Shown: positions 23,588-37,689 of the stretch, one piece after another | How positions within the stretch are numbered: position 1 is the stretch's first letter | How the letters are laid out: each line of letters opens with the position of its first letter | From: Octopus bimaculoides | Taxonomy: Eukaryota | Direction: 5' to 3' | Assembly: GCF_001194135.2 (NCBI RefSeq) | Contig: NC_068986.1 | Span: 83,843,066 to 83,907,065, forward strand | Length of the DNA: 64,000 nucleotides | Position numbers and translations under genes: made by a program | The notes under the pieces: generated by a model | Databases searched by the model: none | What the model was told of the DNA's origin: nothing | What the model saw: the letters and a program-made list of their open reading frames with translations, nothing else

Positions 23588-25082
23588 TGTTTACATACAT
23601 GCACAAGCACAAGCATTCATCTTCTTTCTTCCCTCCCTCTTGGTTCCCAAATTTAGATTATAGGATTTTTAAAAAAATGGATCAATAAATACCTAAGAAA
23701 TATTTAAGAAACAACTATCTTAACTCAAGCAGCAGCAGTAGTAATAGTAATAGCAACACCAGCACCAACAAACAATGTTATAAGCCCTTGTTTCCATTAG
23801 CATGGAATAAAAAAGGATTAAAGAAGTGATTGTCATAAATAAGATTGCTTTATTTACATCTAGTAAATAGTTAACCCTTCAGTTCCATTAAATTTTTCAT
23901 TACACACAAATGAAGCATATCTGTAAAAACACACACACATACATACATATGTATATCAATTTCATACACAACTGAAAGAGCTGATAATAGTTCATGTTGT
24001 TATGATACTAAGCATAATTATATGCCATGTATCTCCAAGCAATTTTTCAGGCTCTGTTTATACATAATATATCTTTAAAAAAACAAGGACACTAGACAAT
24101 GCGAAAACAAGAAAAAACATGTTAGAAACATAAAGATGGTTAATATATGCGTGTGTATATGTATGTTTGTATATAAATATGTATGTGTGGATTGATGCAT
24201 GTGTGAGTGTGTGTATATTTGTGTCTCGTCTTGACATGATATTATTTTTGTGAATGAACGCTGTTTATTTTCATTGTTCTGTTGAAACATAGCTGGTCAT
24301 GAGGAAATATTACCTTATTTGAAAACAAGTAAGGGTTTGCAGCAGGAAGGATATCCAACCTGCCTCAATAAGCTCCTTCCATTCCATGCAGGCATAGAAA
24401 AATAGACAGTAAAATGACAATGGTTCTTAGTTTATTGTTTAAGGTAATATCTCTCAGCCTTGATAGAGAACTCTATAACTAGAAAGCAAGGTGATTATAT
24501 TGATATAGTAAATGTCACTGCAGCCATTATACTTCAGTTTAACTCCTCATGAACTCATCATGGCAAATTGAAGTGCAACAAGTAATTAAATATTTGACTG
24601 TAGAGTTTATTTATTCAGTATATGTATTGTGCAGGCATGATTGTGTAATTAAGAAGTTTTGCTTCTTGTTGACACAATTTTGGGCTCACTATCTTTCAGC
24701 ATAGTTCTAGGTTGATGAAGCCTCATTAGTGGATTTCATAGATGGAAACTGAAAAAAATCCAGTCTCTATATGTATGTATATGGAGTTATGTGTTTATGC
24801 CCCACCCCACAAGTCTTGACATTGCATCATATTTGCAAATAAGTGTCGCTGACATGCAAGTGTTAAAATTCACTTCCGATCTTCCATGAAAACATGCCCT
24901 GAAATGGGAAAATATTACTTTGCTTGGAAAAGTAGAGATTAAAACAATGAAACAGTGATGATTATGTGTTTATGCGTGAATGCATGTAGAAATAGCGAAA
25001 AAGAATAAAAGAATATGTAATAGATATTCTTCATTCAAAGCTGATGAGTGACTGTGTTGCTACCCCAAATTTCTTGGTTTGT

Positions 25083-25128
<46 letters not shown>

Positions 25129-27937
25129 NNNNNNNNNNNNNNNNNNNNNNNNNNNNNNNNNNNNNNNNNNNNNNNNNNNNNNNNNNNNNNNNNNNNNNNN
25201 NNNNNNNNNNNNNNNNNNNNNNNNNNNNNNNNNNNNNNNNNNNNNNNNNNNNNNNNNNNNNNNNNNNNNNNNNNNNNNNNNNNNNNNNNNNNNNNNNNNN
25301 NNNNNNNNNNNNNNNNNNNNNNNNNNNNNNNNNNNNNNNNNNNNNNNNNNNNNNNNNNNNNNNNNNNNNNNNNNNNNNNNNNNNNNNNNNNNNNNNNNNN
25401 NNNNNNNNNNNNNNNNNNNNNNNNNNNNNNNNNNNNNNNNNNNNNNNNNNNNATATATATATATATATAATATATATATGTATATGTGCGTACATATATA
25501 TACTCTGGACACACACACTCATGCCCACACATGCACATCCTGTAGCTTTGAGGTTTAGTCAATGTGCACTGCAGTATTTTATGGTTAGATACCCTACCTA
25601 AAGTTTTAACATCAGTTGTAACGACTTGCTTGGCTGTGTTAATATCAACAGTTATAACAGTAGCAATCTGTAGCACATCTATCTGTTCACTAGTGCCAGC
25701 TCTATGGCCTGTATGTTTGTTATTACTTGGCAACCAATACATCTTATCTACATGGGAACTATAAGCTGGTTTGTATTTCTACCTTACCTACACTTGGCTT
25801 GTTACACTGGGCTCTTTTAAGAACAACATCAGATATTATCTATTTAAATATTGAACTTGACTCTTCATATCAATGCTGGGTGACACATGGATGGTGCAGT
25901 TAGTCAATTGAAATATTTTTTAGCAGAGAAAACCATACTTGAGTTTGGAAGATGTTAAACTTGTCTATGGAGTTTAATTCTTTAATTCAACTATTTCTCT
26001 CAGTCATCCAAATGTGAACTCATCAGTCATTAATTTTTATTTAACAAAAACTTGAATTTGTAGCAGTACAATGATAAACTACAAGATTTATATCTCTTGT
26101 GATAAAACTATTTTATTAAACTGAATAATCTATTTTTATATAGTGATTTAATATGAAAAGCCTTGATTAAAAAAAATATTTGACAATTATATTTTATTGT
26201 TAAGACTATTTTTTTCTGAAGTTCATCACATCCCTGCTGGTTGTTTTGAATTTCTACTTCAGAAACAGAAAATCAAACAGGGACATTACGCTTACATCAA
26301 TTATTTGATTTCATTCAAATGTAGCCCTCTGAAAGTAATGTAACTAATTCAATGCACTAGTATTCTCCTGTCATGAGAAACTCTTCTTTCTTTTTGCAAC
26401 CATTTTGCTGTTGTTCTGATTTCCCTGATTCAAGGATTCATGCTTGCTGCATGCAAAATATACAATTTATCAATGAGTTATTTTGCCATTCTTCATAAAG
26501 ATGTAAGCTGTGGTTTTAACAGGCAATGATATAAATTTTAACAACTTTTGTGAATAGCCCAGATAATAAAATTAAGATTTCAAGCATTGTAATGAATAGT
26601 TGACATCATTTGAGAATTCATCTGAGAAGATAATGATTTTACAGGTCTTTACCAGCATAAGACCTTTCTTCCTCAATTTACGTTGTTTGTTATCAATCAA
26701 TTCCATGTTGTATCTATTAAGGAATAAAAGAATATTTACACAATCTTTCTTTGGAAACTTTTTAATAATAACCTTCTGTGTATCCAATCCACAGCAGTTA
26801 GATAGACTCTAATGGAATTACCAAGAAACAAGAAAAAGATGACAAAATACCAAACAGTGATAAAACTAATTTAAAAAAAAATCTTATTAATATTTTCACC
26901 ACTATCATCATTATTATTGTTGTTGTTATTATATTATTCAAAATATTTGCATACATACATATTTATTTATGTATATATATAATTGGTCAGTTGTTCATAA
27001 GTTCGTAAAAAGGTACACTCAAAAAAGTATTTTTGAGCAGTAATATTTGATGTAGTAATTGGTTATGGCCAGTCAGAAAGTTACCATTGGTTTCATGTCT
27101 ATTTTTGCTTTTAGCAATATAGGCGACTTATCAGACCTGCTGGCCAGAAACCAGACCAGCTACAACCAAAGACTACATAAAATATAATATATATATTTAT
27201 ATATATATATATATATTTGTAATGTTCTATAACCATGTTAGATTTGATGGTTTCTAAGAATTTTCGATAAGTTAATTTTTATTATTAGTACTGAGAGGTG
27301 AAAACATCAAGTTTGATTTCCATACAAAAGTACTTCAAAAAGACAAGCCTTTCTTGTTGTATATACACCATATATTCATTTGCAGTTGTGTCTCTAGACT
27401 ATGTCATGTTTCACATGAGCCAGATCTTTCAGTACAATTATAAGGAGCTGTTATGAATGTATACATATATATATGCACTCCATGCATACATTTGCACTGA
27501 GTAGAGCAAACAGTGCCTTTTTGTTGCTTTCTTTTATGCTTATCAGTTATTAATCTTCCAACAGTAAACAGCTTTTATGTCTTTGATTCCAACATCAATG
27601 TAATTATATAATTCCAGTAGTTATTTTAATTAAATTATTCTCACACCAGGTTTGAAGAAGACCCCACAAATGCTTGGAAAATCAATGCTTATTGAATTTC
27701 AATTATCTAATTATTAAAAAGGAAATTCATATAAGTGATAATTATTGGTGACAATTTTGCATTACTCACAAGCATACCACATGCAACTTATATTATTGAC
27801 AATATGATCTAGAGTCACAAATTCTTCATTTAGGAAATATTACCAAACTTCAAAGAATTTTTCTGTTCTATATATGTCTTTTTTACTTATCTTTTATTTA
27901 TATATTTTTCCCAAAAATTATTTGTTTATGAGTTGGG

Positions 27938-27968
<31 letters not shown>

Positions 27969-27978
27969 ACACACACAC

Positions 27979-28034
<56 letters not shown>

Positions 28035-29052
28035 TATGCACACACTGAGGTTTACACTGCAGAACATTCTTTTCATTAGCTATCAGTTGGTGATGACAAT
28101 ATCTTTCTCACCAGTTGTGCTGAGCAGCATTGATGCTTCCAGGGAATGTCAGATTCTTTTCCCCCAATATAATATATATATTGAAATATATAATAAATAT
28201 GTATGTAAGCAAACAGTAGTACTGAAGAATAAAATAAATGGAGTCACGCAGGAATTGGTTAAAACCAAAGTATGGTATGATCAGGCTATGTAATTATTTT
28301 GTGAAGTTTCAGTATGCTTTAGAAACCTTATATATTAATGTATTGAAAAGACAGGCAAGAGGCTACAGTATTAGACTATTTGCTCCTGGTACATAAGTTT
28401 GAGTCACTGCTGATGTGTTACTGAGCAGAATCCTTTATTTGTCCATTATATCAGTTCACTTATCTCCCAACAATGAGTACCAGATTGCAGTCAGAAACAC
28501 TTTATACTTATCCTGTTCTAGCCTTGGGACAGCAATGTGTGGATGCCACTTAGCTGACCAGGCTTTATGTTTGTTCCCTATATAACTGCATCAGAGTGAA
28601 GATGCATCCTCTTCCATGTTGTTCAGTTAATTAACTATAGAACTAATGTTTTTATTGTATGCCAACTAATTAATTTGTTAACAAGTTAAGATTTTGTTTT
28701 CTAAGAAGGAAACATTTACATAATAAATAATAAATAAGCATGTGTGTAAACTAAAATGGGACAGAATACAGAAGAAAAAAACAGAAAGAGTGCAGAGAGC
28801 CATCTATTCATGTACATGCTTATATCAATGCATGCACACACACTGATTTATAATTTAGAAAAAGATTTAACTCTATGAAGAATTATTATTTCTATTGTAA
28901 TTAAAGATTATTAATAAAAGAAAAAGGCTATTATTTTTATTTTTTATTAATCTCTATATTCTTGTTAATGTTTTTTTTTACCTCTATTCTCTGTATTACC
29001 CTGAAAATCTTACTAACTTTATCATCATTTACAGCTTAATATTTGATTACAG

Positions 29053-29104
<52 letters not shown>

Positions 29105-29183
29105 ACACACATTCTATGGGAATATGGCATTGTCTTAGAAATATATTCATTGAATTGTTAAATTAACATTAATAATAATAATG

Positions 29184-29717
29184 ATTTCTTACCAAGGCAC
29201 AAAGCTAGAAATTTTGGGATGAAGGAACAGTCAATTTCATTCTACCTCAGTACTTGACTGGTACTTATTTTAGTGAGTGATGAAAGACACAGTCAACCTC
29301 AAAGAGATTTGAACTCAGACCATAAAGAGCTGTAACTAAATACTGAAAGGCATTTTCTCCAACTCTCCAATGATTCTGCCAACCCACCAACCAATGATAA
29401 TTTATAAATACGTATATTGTTGATGTTCGTACTTTATCCTGTGAACTTGTCTTGAGGTAGTAGTAGTGGTGGTGGTGGTGGTAATGGTTTCAAATTATGA
29501 CACAAGGCCAGTAATTTGGGAGTAGGTAGTTAATTCCATCACCCCTTGTACTTGACTAGTACTTTATTTTATTGACCCTGAAAGGATGAAAAACAAAGTC
29601 AGCCTTGGTAGAATTTGAATTCAGAGCTTAAAGGGCTAGAAGAAAAGCCACTAAGCATTTTGTCGGATGCACTTATGATTCAATCAGCTTACTGCCTTAA
29701 TAATGATGATGATGATG

Positions 29718-29777
<60 letters not shown>

Positions 29778-30250
29778 TGGGATAATATCAGAAGGCATCA
29801 AGGAATATAAAGAAAACCAGAATAGAGTGCCCAGTAGAACTGTTACAAAAGGTTTGTCTCCTTGGCACAGCCAGACTAATCAGGAAAGTATTAGATAGCT
29901 GAAAAGAACAGATAGCATGGTATTGTAGGCTACAGGCAGCAAGCCCGCTACACATGCAAGACTCCAGGAGTTCCAGCAAAACCTGAGTTAAAAATAATAA
30001 TAATAATAATAAGCCTTTCTATGATAGGCACAAGGTCTGAAATTTGGGTGAGTGGGGCAGTCGATTACATCAACCCCAATGTTTCACTTCTACTTAATTT
30101 ATCAACCCCGAAAGGACGAAAGGCAAAGTTGACCTTAGCAGAATTTGAATTGGGATCATAAAGACGGATGAAATGCTGCTAAGCATTTTACCCAGCATAC
30201 TAACAGTTCTGCCAGTTCGCTGCCTTGCTAATGATTTTGCCAGCTCAGTA

Positions 30251-30290
<40 letters not shown>

Positions 30291-30703
30291 TAATAATGGT
30301 TTCAAATTTGGGGATTGTGGGATTAGCCAATTACATCAACCTCACTACTTAAATGTTCTCTTATTTTATTGAATGTGGAAAAGATGAGAGGCAAAGTTGG
30401 TTTTGACAGGATTTGAACTAAGAATGTATAAGATTCAGAAGAAATGCCTGTTGCTAAGCATTTTGTCCAACACGCTAATGGTTTTGCTAGCTTGTCACAT
30501 TTGAATTTTGGTACTAGACTAGCATTGTTAGGATTTGTCAATTACATGGACCCCAGTACTCAACTGCTACATTTTTTATCAACCCCAAAAGGATGAAAAG
30601 CGAAGTAAACCTCATTGGCATTTGAACTCAAAATGGAAAGAACCGAAAGATATACTGCTAAACATCTTGTCTGTTGTGCTAACAATTCTACCAGCTTGTC
30701 ACC

Positions 30704-30747
<44 letters not shown>

Positions 30748-30959
30748 CCTTTCTAGTATAGGCACAAGGCCTGAAGTTTGTGGGGAGGGACTAAGTCGAT
30801 TACATTGACCACAGTGCTCAACTGGTACTCATTTCATCAGTCCCGAAAGGATGAAAGACAAAATCGACTTGGGTGGGATTTGAACTCATAACGTAAAGAT
30901 AGACAAAATATCCCTAAGCATTTTGTCTGGTGTGCTAACAATTCTGCCAGCTCGCCACC

Positions 30960-31005
<46 letters not shown>

Positions 31006-31105
31006 TAATAATAATAATAATTCTTTCTACTATGAGCACAAGACTTGAAATTTAAGTGATGAGGTTAGTCAGTTTCAAAGACCTCAGTGCCTAACTGGTA
31101 TTTAC
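29184..31105 (-). mobile_element. Cluster of seven same-orientation SINE family B copies, mostly separated by (TAA)n
   Basis: Copies at about 29184-29388, 29484-29698, 30013-30226, 30297-30500, 30500-30705, 30748-30961 and 31021-31105 (partial). Confidence 0.88.
29774..29992 (+). mobile_element. Short 3' fragment of the R4/Dong-like element between two (TAA)n tracts
   Basis: Reverse complement of 3785-3990 (ctgttacaaaaggtttg.ctccttggcacag…gactccaggagttcc). Confidence 0.88.
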
Positions 31106-33910
31106 TGGTCTGGCTTAAAAAATCTGTCTTTCCTGAGTCCATAGTATTGAAACTGAGATCTCTTAATGCTGAGAAGTAACAGCTTGACCTGGAGGGACTA
31201 CCTTATCTCTAAACTATGCATCTTGTTGAGTAACATTATTCCTGAGATCTTTCAGAAGAACCCCATTTTGGCTGCTTGTATTTGGAATTGTATTCTTTTG
31301 GTCCATTGCCCAACTTTCTGTCTATACTATCTTCAATATGATTATAATTCTAAATACCAGTCTCCTCAACACTGTAATAATAGATGGAAGATTTTAGATG
31401 ACATTATTCATTAGTCCCATTCTCTTAGTCTGTTCAGATGACTGAACTCTCTATCATGAAACAATAAAATCAAGATTAGTTTCAAAAAGTATTTCTCATC
31501 TCTTTCTTTATGAACTCATCTGAAGATACCCAAATCATACTTTCCAACACTCCTTAACTAATAACTGTTTTACATCTGCGTTTCATTTCTCCCAACTATC
31601 CAGATCCCTTCTCCATTCACTTTTTCAACTATTTCTTCATAGTACTATATCCTTTTGGAAGTTTTCTTGTCACCTATGCTCTCTTCCATTGGCTAACATA
31701 CCTGCAACAGTTTAAGCTAGACATCAGCAACAGTAACCTCACCCAGGTTTTCTAACTCTCCATCTCTCTTTTAAGGGTCATGGTTCTATTTTTCCTTTTA
31801 AAAATATGATTGTTATCACTTCTTTTCAGACTGACAAATGGGAAGAAGTGACTTTTAGTGGCACAATTTACTCTTATAAATGTTAATCTGAGAATTTTTT
31901 TCTGTGAGAGTGTGTGGTGATTGTTTTAGATTTCAGGTTTTAAAAGATTATTTTATTTTTTATCTTTTTTTAGTTCAGTATCTCTTTAACAAATGTTATG
32001 ACCCTTTTAGGGTCAAAAGTCATAAGATTAATAACAATGGAGAACTAGGGTAGATATATAGTTGGCTTTACTCTACTCCAACAGTTCTTACCTCATGTCT
32101 ATGTCAGATATCATTATTATGATTTCCGTTCGGGCTACAAAATATTGCTGATGATGGACAACTTAGCTATACCCCCATTGTCCTGAATTCAAATCCTACA
32201 GAGGTTGTCCTGTTCTTTGGGGAAGATAAAATAAATATCATTTAGATGTTGATATCCTTTGCAATCATTAGTACTCCTCCAAGGAGCCAAGTTTGCAATT
32301 CAGCTTTAATTTCCAGTTGTAATTCATTTCAGTCCCCCTACATGCTTCATGCACTTCAGAAAGGCATAAATGCAAACTCATTTTCGCACACCCTGATTAT
32401 TTCGAAACTATGCTATGAAAGGGATCAAGATTTGAAGTCACTAATGTATTTTTCACTACGGTGAAAGGATCTCATACTCTCTGTCTTATATAACAAGGGT
32501 AAGATCCAGGGATCCAAGTGTAGGTCGTTTGTAAGCTTTAAGCAGTCTGTGGTAGGTTTAGAGAACAAAAAGTGGATAGCATATGATAAAGAGCAATAAC
32601 AATTTATTGACATCAAATATTATGCACTTTTTCTCATATCAAAGTTATGAGGGAATTCGATAAACTGAGACTTTCTTTACAGCTCACAGTTAGCAACTAG
32701 AACTGCTGCAAATATGAATAAAAATTCAAATCGTGGGAGTAGAATAGGTAAAATGCAGACTACATATGTTTCTTAGCTAGCTGATATTGTGATGTAATAA
32801 TTATTCAATGAGGGGGTGCTCAATTTAGCTAAACATCAGACTGAGAATTACTTTAATTGAATGAAGGCTACATTATTGCTTGGAATTTTCAAGTTAACTC
32901 ACTGTAGATGTGAATTCATGCATGTAGACTCTCTGGCTAATAATATTGGTTGTTATAGCTAGAGTTCAATCACTTGGAATGTACTGGTACAAGTATAGTT
33001 GTGTGTTTAAGAATTTTGCTTCACAGCTATGTGGTTTCAGGTTCAATTTCACTGCTTGATACTTCAGAAAATATCACCTCCCATAGCCTTAGTTTAAAAA
33101 AGCTTTTTGAGTGAAATTTTGTGGATTAAAACTGTATAATATCCTGTACATCTTTTAGTTATCTCTATCTGTATTTTCAGTTCAAATCCTATAAATGTTA
33201 ACTTTTGTCTTTCTACTCTTCAAGAGTCATTACATTAAATTAAGTACCAATTAATCATAATAGGTTGGCTCCTGAGGGGAACAGCATGTTAAGATAAAAA
33301 TTTGCTTGGTTCAAATCTTGCACAGATTGAATGTGTCCTTCATCATTTCGAAATCAGTAATTATATATAGCAGTGATTTACTGATGCATATTTAGTCAAC
33401 TATATTTTCTTTAAAAAAAAAAAAAACATGCCTAAGTGTCTGGTAATGAACAAACAAATCAATTGGTGTATTTGTGCAATGTATATATGTGTGTGTGTAT
33501 ACTTTATCTTTTAAATTAATTCATTTTAATCTATTAACACACCTCATAGTTGTTACCTTAATTAGAAATTTCAGTTATTGTGATTAAATCAAAATAATTA
33601 TTGATTATATAGTAGGAAATATTATATAGTTGGAATTCTTTCCATGTATATGTATATGAAAACAGTCAATGAATTCATTCTATCATTACTTGGAGTTTCA
33701 CTCAGGCACACAGGTGAGGTATGTGGCTGCAATCTTTCAGGCCATGTTTTGTAAAATTCCTGAATATCATCTGAAGGATTGCAGCTTATAACACACTTGT
33801 ACCTGTATAACTTAGTAGCAATGAAATGAATTCCCTGGCTATTTTCCAATAAATGCATATTTCAGTTCATGTATGTAGTGCTCTTTTACCTGTTTGTATA
33901 CATAAATGTT

Positions 33911-33948
<38 letters not shown>

Positions 33949-34026
33949 TATATAGAAATACAGAGAAAGATGTATATATATATATAAATATATGTATGTA
34001 TTTTATTTCTCTCCATTATCTTGTAG

Positions 34027-34264
34027 GGTTTCTTCAGTACCATCAGTCCTTAAACATGAGACGTCTCCGAAAGTTAATGCAGGGTCACGACCCCAGCGCA
34101 AGTCCAAAGAACACAGTTTGAGCACACAGTTTCCACCTAAATCACATGGCTTTGAATTGCTTATTCTTGAACAGCCAGAAGAGCAGCACCGAGCTAGATA
34201 CATGACTGAGGGTAGCCGTGGAGCAGTGAAGGATCGATCACAGCAAGGCCACCCAGTTGTTCAG
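34027..34264 (+). CDS. NFAT5: NFAT5-like exon, start of Rel homology domain (…[37 protein letters not shown])
   Basis: QHRARYxTEGSRG is the NFAT5-type DNA-recognition loop (NFATc1-4 have HHRAHYETEGSRG). Acceptor ttgtag, donor CAG|gtaacc. Confidence 0.97.
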
Positions 34265-35036
34265 GTAACCATAGTTAATACTATATTACTTATCACTGTG
34301 CTCTGCCCCAGTTTTGCTAACACATTGCATGATGTAGTCTACTTACTTTCTTTGCCATTAGAGATAACGTTGTAACTAGAATAGTTTCTAGTATGTGTAT
34401 AAAGTACAGCAATTGCTTGCAGCATGAATATGGCAGTGCTTCGTATTTATATGTAGAGGTGCTTAATGTTATATATCATCAGATACATATCTGTATATGA
34501 TTGTCTAAGAATCCATAAGTCAGAAATAATAGCCACTTTTATATTTATCAACAGAGTGGGTATATTAATCAAAGTATACAGTATTATAAATCCATTATAG
34601 CCAATCTTACCAATCAGTTTCATACCAGTTATTATTAGGTATCTAGATGGTTATCTAACAACTGTGCTCATCAGAAATGGAAGGTGTGAACAAAATGGCA
34701 GCTTCTCTCTGTTACTGGAAGTGAATAAGTCTCACATCCACTTTGTGGCTACTGCTATTTCTCCTAGTAGAGAAATGTATTTTATATCTCTCATAGCTAA
34801 GAAGCAGTCTTCCTTGGTGAAGACTGTTTCTTAGGCATAGCATATTCACAGTACAAGATCCATGCGTTGCACCCAGCCCAGCCATTTTGAAGAGTTACAC
34901 CATGCTGTAGATCTGATCAGAGTTGGCCACAATGGCACAAGAACAAACAACAATAATGATATTGTACTTCTGTATTTTTTGTTTTTGCTGTTCTTTTTAA
35001 TACTTTTTATCTGTTGCTATCTGATTAATTTTTCAG

Positions 35037-35227
35037 CTTGTCGGTCCAGTCCAATCTGCCATTCTTCAGGTTTTTGTTGGAACTGACACGGGTAAAGTGA
35101 AGCCACATCCATTTTATCAAGCCTGCAAAGTCTCTGGCAAAAATTCAACACCATGTATTGAGAAGGATATTGACAGTACCACAACCATTGAAATTGAACT
35201 CTCTTCTACAAATAACTTGATTGCCAG
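35037..35227 (+). CDS. NFAT5: NFAT5-like RHD exon (LVGPVQSAILQVFVGTDTGKVKPHPFYQACKVSGKNSTPC…)
   Basis: Matches the NFAT LQVFVG…PHxFYQACxVxG motif. Acceptor tttttcag|35037, donor AG|gtatga. Confidence 0.97.
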
Positions 35228-35544
35228 GTATGAATGCATTATTATTTTTGTTGTTCCACTTGAAATAGAGAGTGAGAGTAAGAAGGAAGCTACTATCCTC
35301 TAGAAAATTTGATTATCTGGGGATGCAAGAGGACCAGTTCTTCAATTCTGCCAAGAAATTGCAATCGAGAGAAGAACTGCCCAGAGCATGAGCTGGGGTC
35401 ATGGGCTTTATGTTCCCTGATCTTTTGTAGGTGGAGGTTCTTACCCTATTGTAGGTACTGTTGTTTTATATTATATTATAATTTGTTTTTCATGTTGCAA
35501 TACATTTTGCCCTTAATCCTATTTTCAGTACACTCCAACATTTT

Positions 35545-37250
35545 GTAGTTCCTTTTTACTTATATGGTGGGTCACTTGGTCAATACTGAAACCATGACAA
35601 CATTCTCAGAGAAATGCTGGATATCTACAAGGACCAACTGGCTGGTCAGTTCTGACGGACTTTTGATTCTTAGATTATGGATAATTTTCATAAATCCCTG
35701 TTCTGGTAGTCTAATAAGGAATTAACAGTTTAAGACAAACTTTACAGACATATAAAGACAAGTTTAATATTTGGCTAAAAATGTTAGCACTATATAGAAT
35801 AGGAATTCCTTCTTATGTCTCTATCTGCAGAATTGTTAGCCATTTGCTCATGACAAGGTTGATGTTTATCATTAGTGCTACCTTACCCATGGCTAATGTT
35901 TCTAGAATCCACCTGTAGGGAAACTCAAAAGCCTTCTCTGGTACTCAGCTCCTCATTCTCCTACAGTCTTTGGTTTTGGTTTTATTAATCAGTAATTTGC
36001 TCTTTACAACAACGTAAGCTATTGCCACACCTCTTCTGGAATTGGGTTGTTTTTTCCAGTTGTTTATCATTTGCAATATTATTCAAAGTCTATAAGTTGT
36101 AGAAAGGCATCTTACTGGTCCATAGCTTTATAGTGTTTGCTGTTTCTTTAGCCTTGGGTTAGGTAGTTTTATTCTTGTGTGAGCCAGTCTAGTGTTATAT
36201 CCAGTTCTGTTAAACATTTTTCAAGCACCCTATGCATCCTTGCTAAATATCTTAACCAAAAGTTTGAGATCTTATGCTTTGGTACCATCCGGTTGTTTAC
36301 TTATTGTAGCATCAAGGCTACTTCTTCTGTTGATATGTCCTTCTGTTTTACAAGTACTTTGTTCATTGTCTTAAACAATCTTGTCCTTTGTGATTCCTTT
36401 AATTTCCATATTCCACCGCAGATTTTTTCCACTTCTCTTGCTGTTGATGCTTCATTCATTTGTAATTTGTTCTTCAATGTTTTGATAAAATCATTTTGAG
36501 TTGGAGTCAACTGGGTTTGTATTATTCAAACAACTGTTGTCGTTTTTCATACTGACAACACAATTTAGTTAAGATCTTTGTTTTAGGCCTTCTTTGATTT
36601 CTGATACTTCTTTTGATATATTATATCTATATACTATTTGCCTCTCATTTCCTTTTTCAGATGTGTTGTGTTGTTTCATTATTGATTTCATTAGTGGTTC
36701 AGAGATCCTTTCCTCTTATTTTCCTATACACTTCTTTTCAATGTTGCTTGCTTGGGATTTGCAATTCCTGTATGAGAAAATCTGAGTTAGTACCTACTTT
36801 CATTTGTAACTAGAGTTGCCACATTATTTATTATTCATTTGACCTGGTGATATTGATATTCACGTCCATCTTCATTAAGCCTGTGATGGCCTGGATTGCA
36901 CTTTGTATTATTGCTATACTTTCCTGTAGTTTTAGCCTTTAGGATGTACTTCCATTGATCTAAATTGTTTTTAATTCTTAAATATTGAGATGTTTGGGAC
37001 TCCAGGGCATCCAATATTGAGATGTTCGGGACTTCTGTCTTTGAAATTTTCTGTTCTAAAACCTTCCTAATATTCCCATGTATATCTATTTTTGTTTGCA
37101 TTCAAGTTTGATTTTTATTGACTTGGTTTTATTATTTTCTTTGTTTTGTGCTCATCACTTGTATTTTCATTATATAGTTTTTCTTTTAAGTGTTCTGTTT
37201 TGATTTCTGTTTTTTTTTAAAGTTAGTTTCACATTCTGGGTTCAAATCCA
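35545..37250 (-). mobile_element. Decayed R4/Dong-like LINE, RT region
   Basis: Fragmented minus-strand reading …ISNFWLRYL…WLTQ…CKEQLLINK…KAFE.PY.WILETL… follows the R4-clade RT order, with many stops and frameshifts. Confidence 0.7.
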
Positions 37251-37689
37251 GCCAGGATTAACATTATTTGTTCTCCTTTTGGGATGTTTCATTTTATTCC
37301 TTTGAATACTATTGTGTTCCATACTTCATCCACCCACCATAATCAACTCTGAAAAACAACCCCACCATTTTCATAATTTGCATGCCACCAGCAGTGTAAT
37401 AAGACACTTGAGGCATCTCTGGCTACCAAAAGTATTCTTTCTCTACTCTGCGCAGTATAATTTTTCAGACCCTGTATCACAGTTCCAACAGTATAAGTTC
37501 TGCAGCTTGATCTTTGTCCATTTCAGAAAGAGGACAGAGTATCTCAATACTGGCATTGTCCATGCTTTTGTGGCTTTTATGATGTTCCTTCCATTTAATT
37601 TAGTTTTGAGCACCTTTCTAATTCTCCATTTGTACTTTAGTGACTTTCTCTCTCATTTCTCTTTTCATTATTATTATTATCATTATTAT

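Noticed and set aside
25530-25764. Overlapping open frames on both strands in unique-looking sequence
   Set aside because: About 70 codons, no recognisable motif and no convincing splice pair.
26572-26787. Minus ORF with IIFSDE resembling a Tc1 transposase
   Set aside because: Single short motif, no TIRs or further catalytic motifs found.
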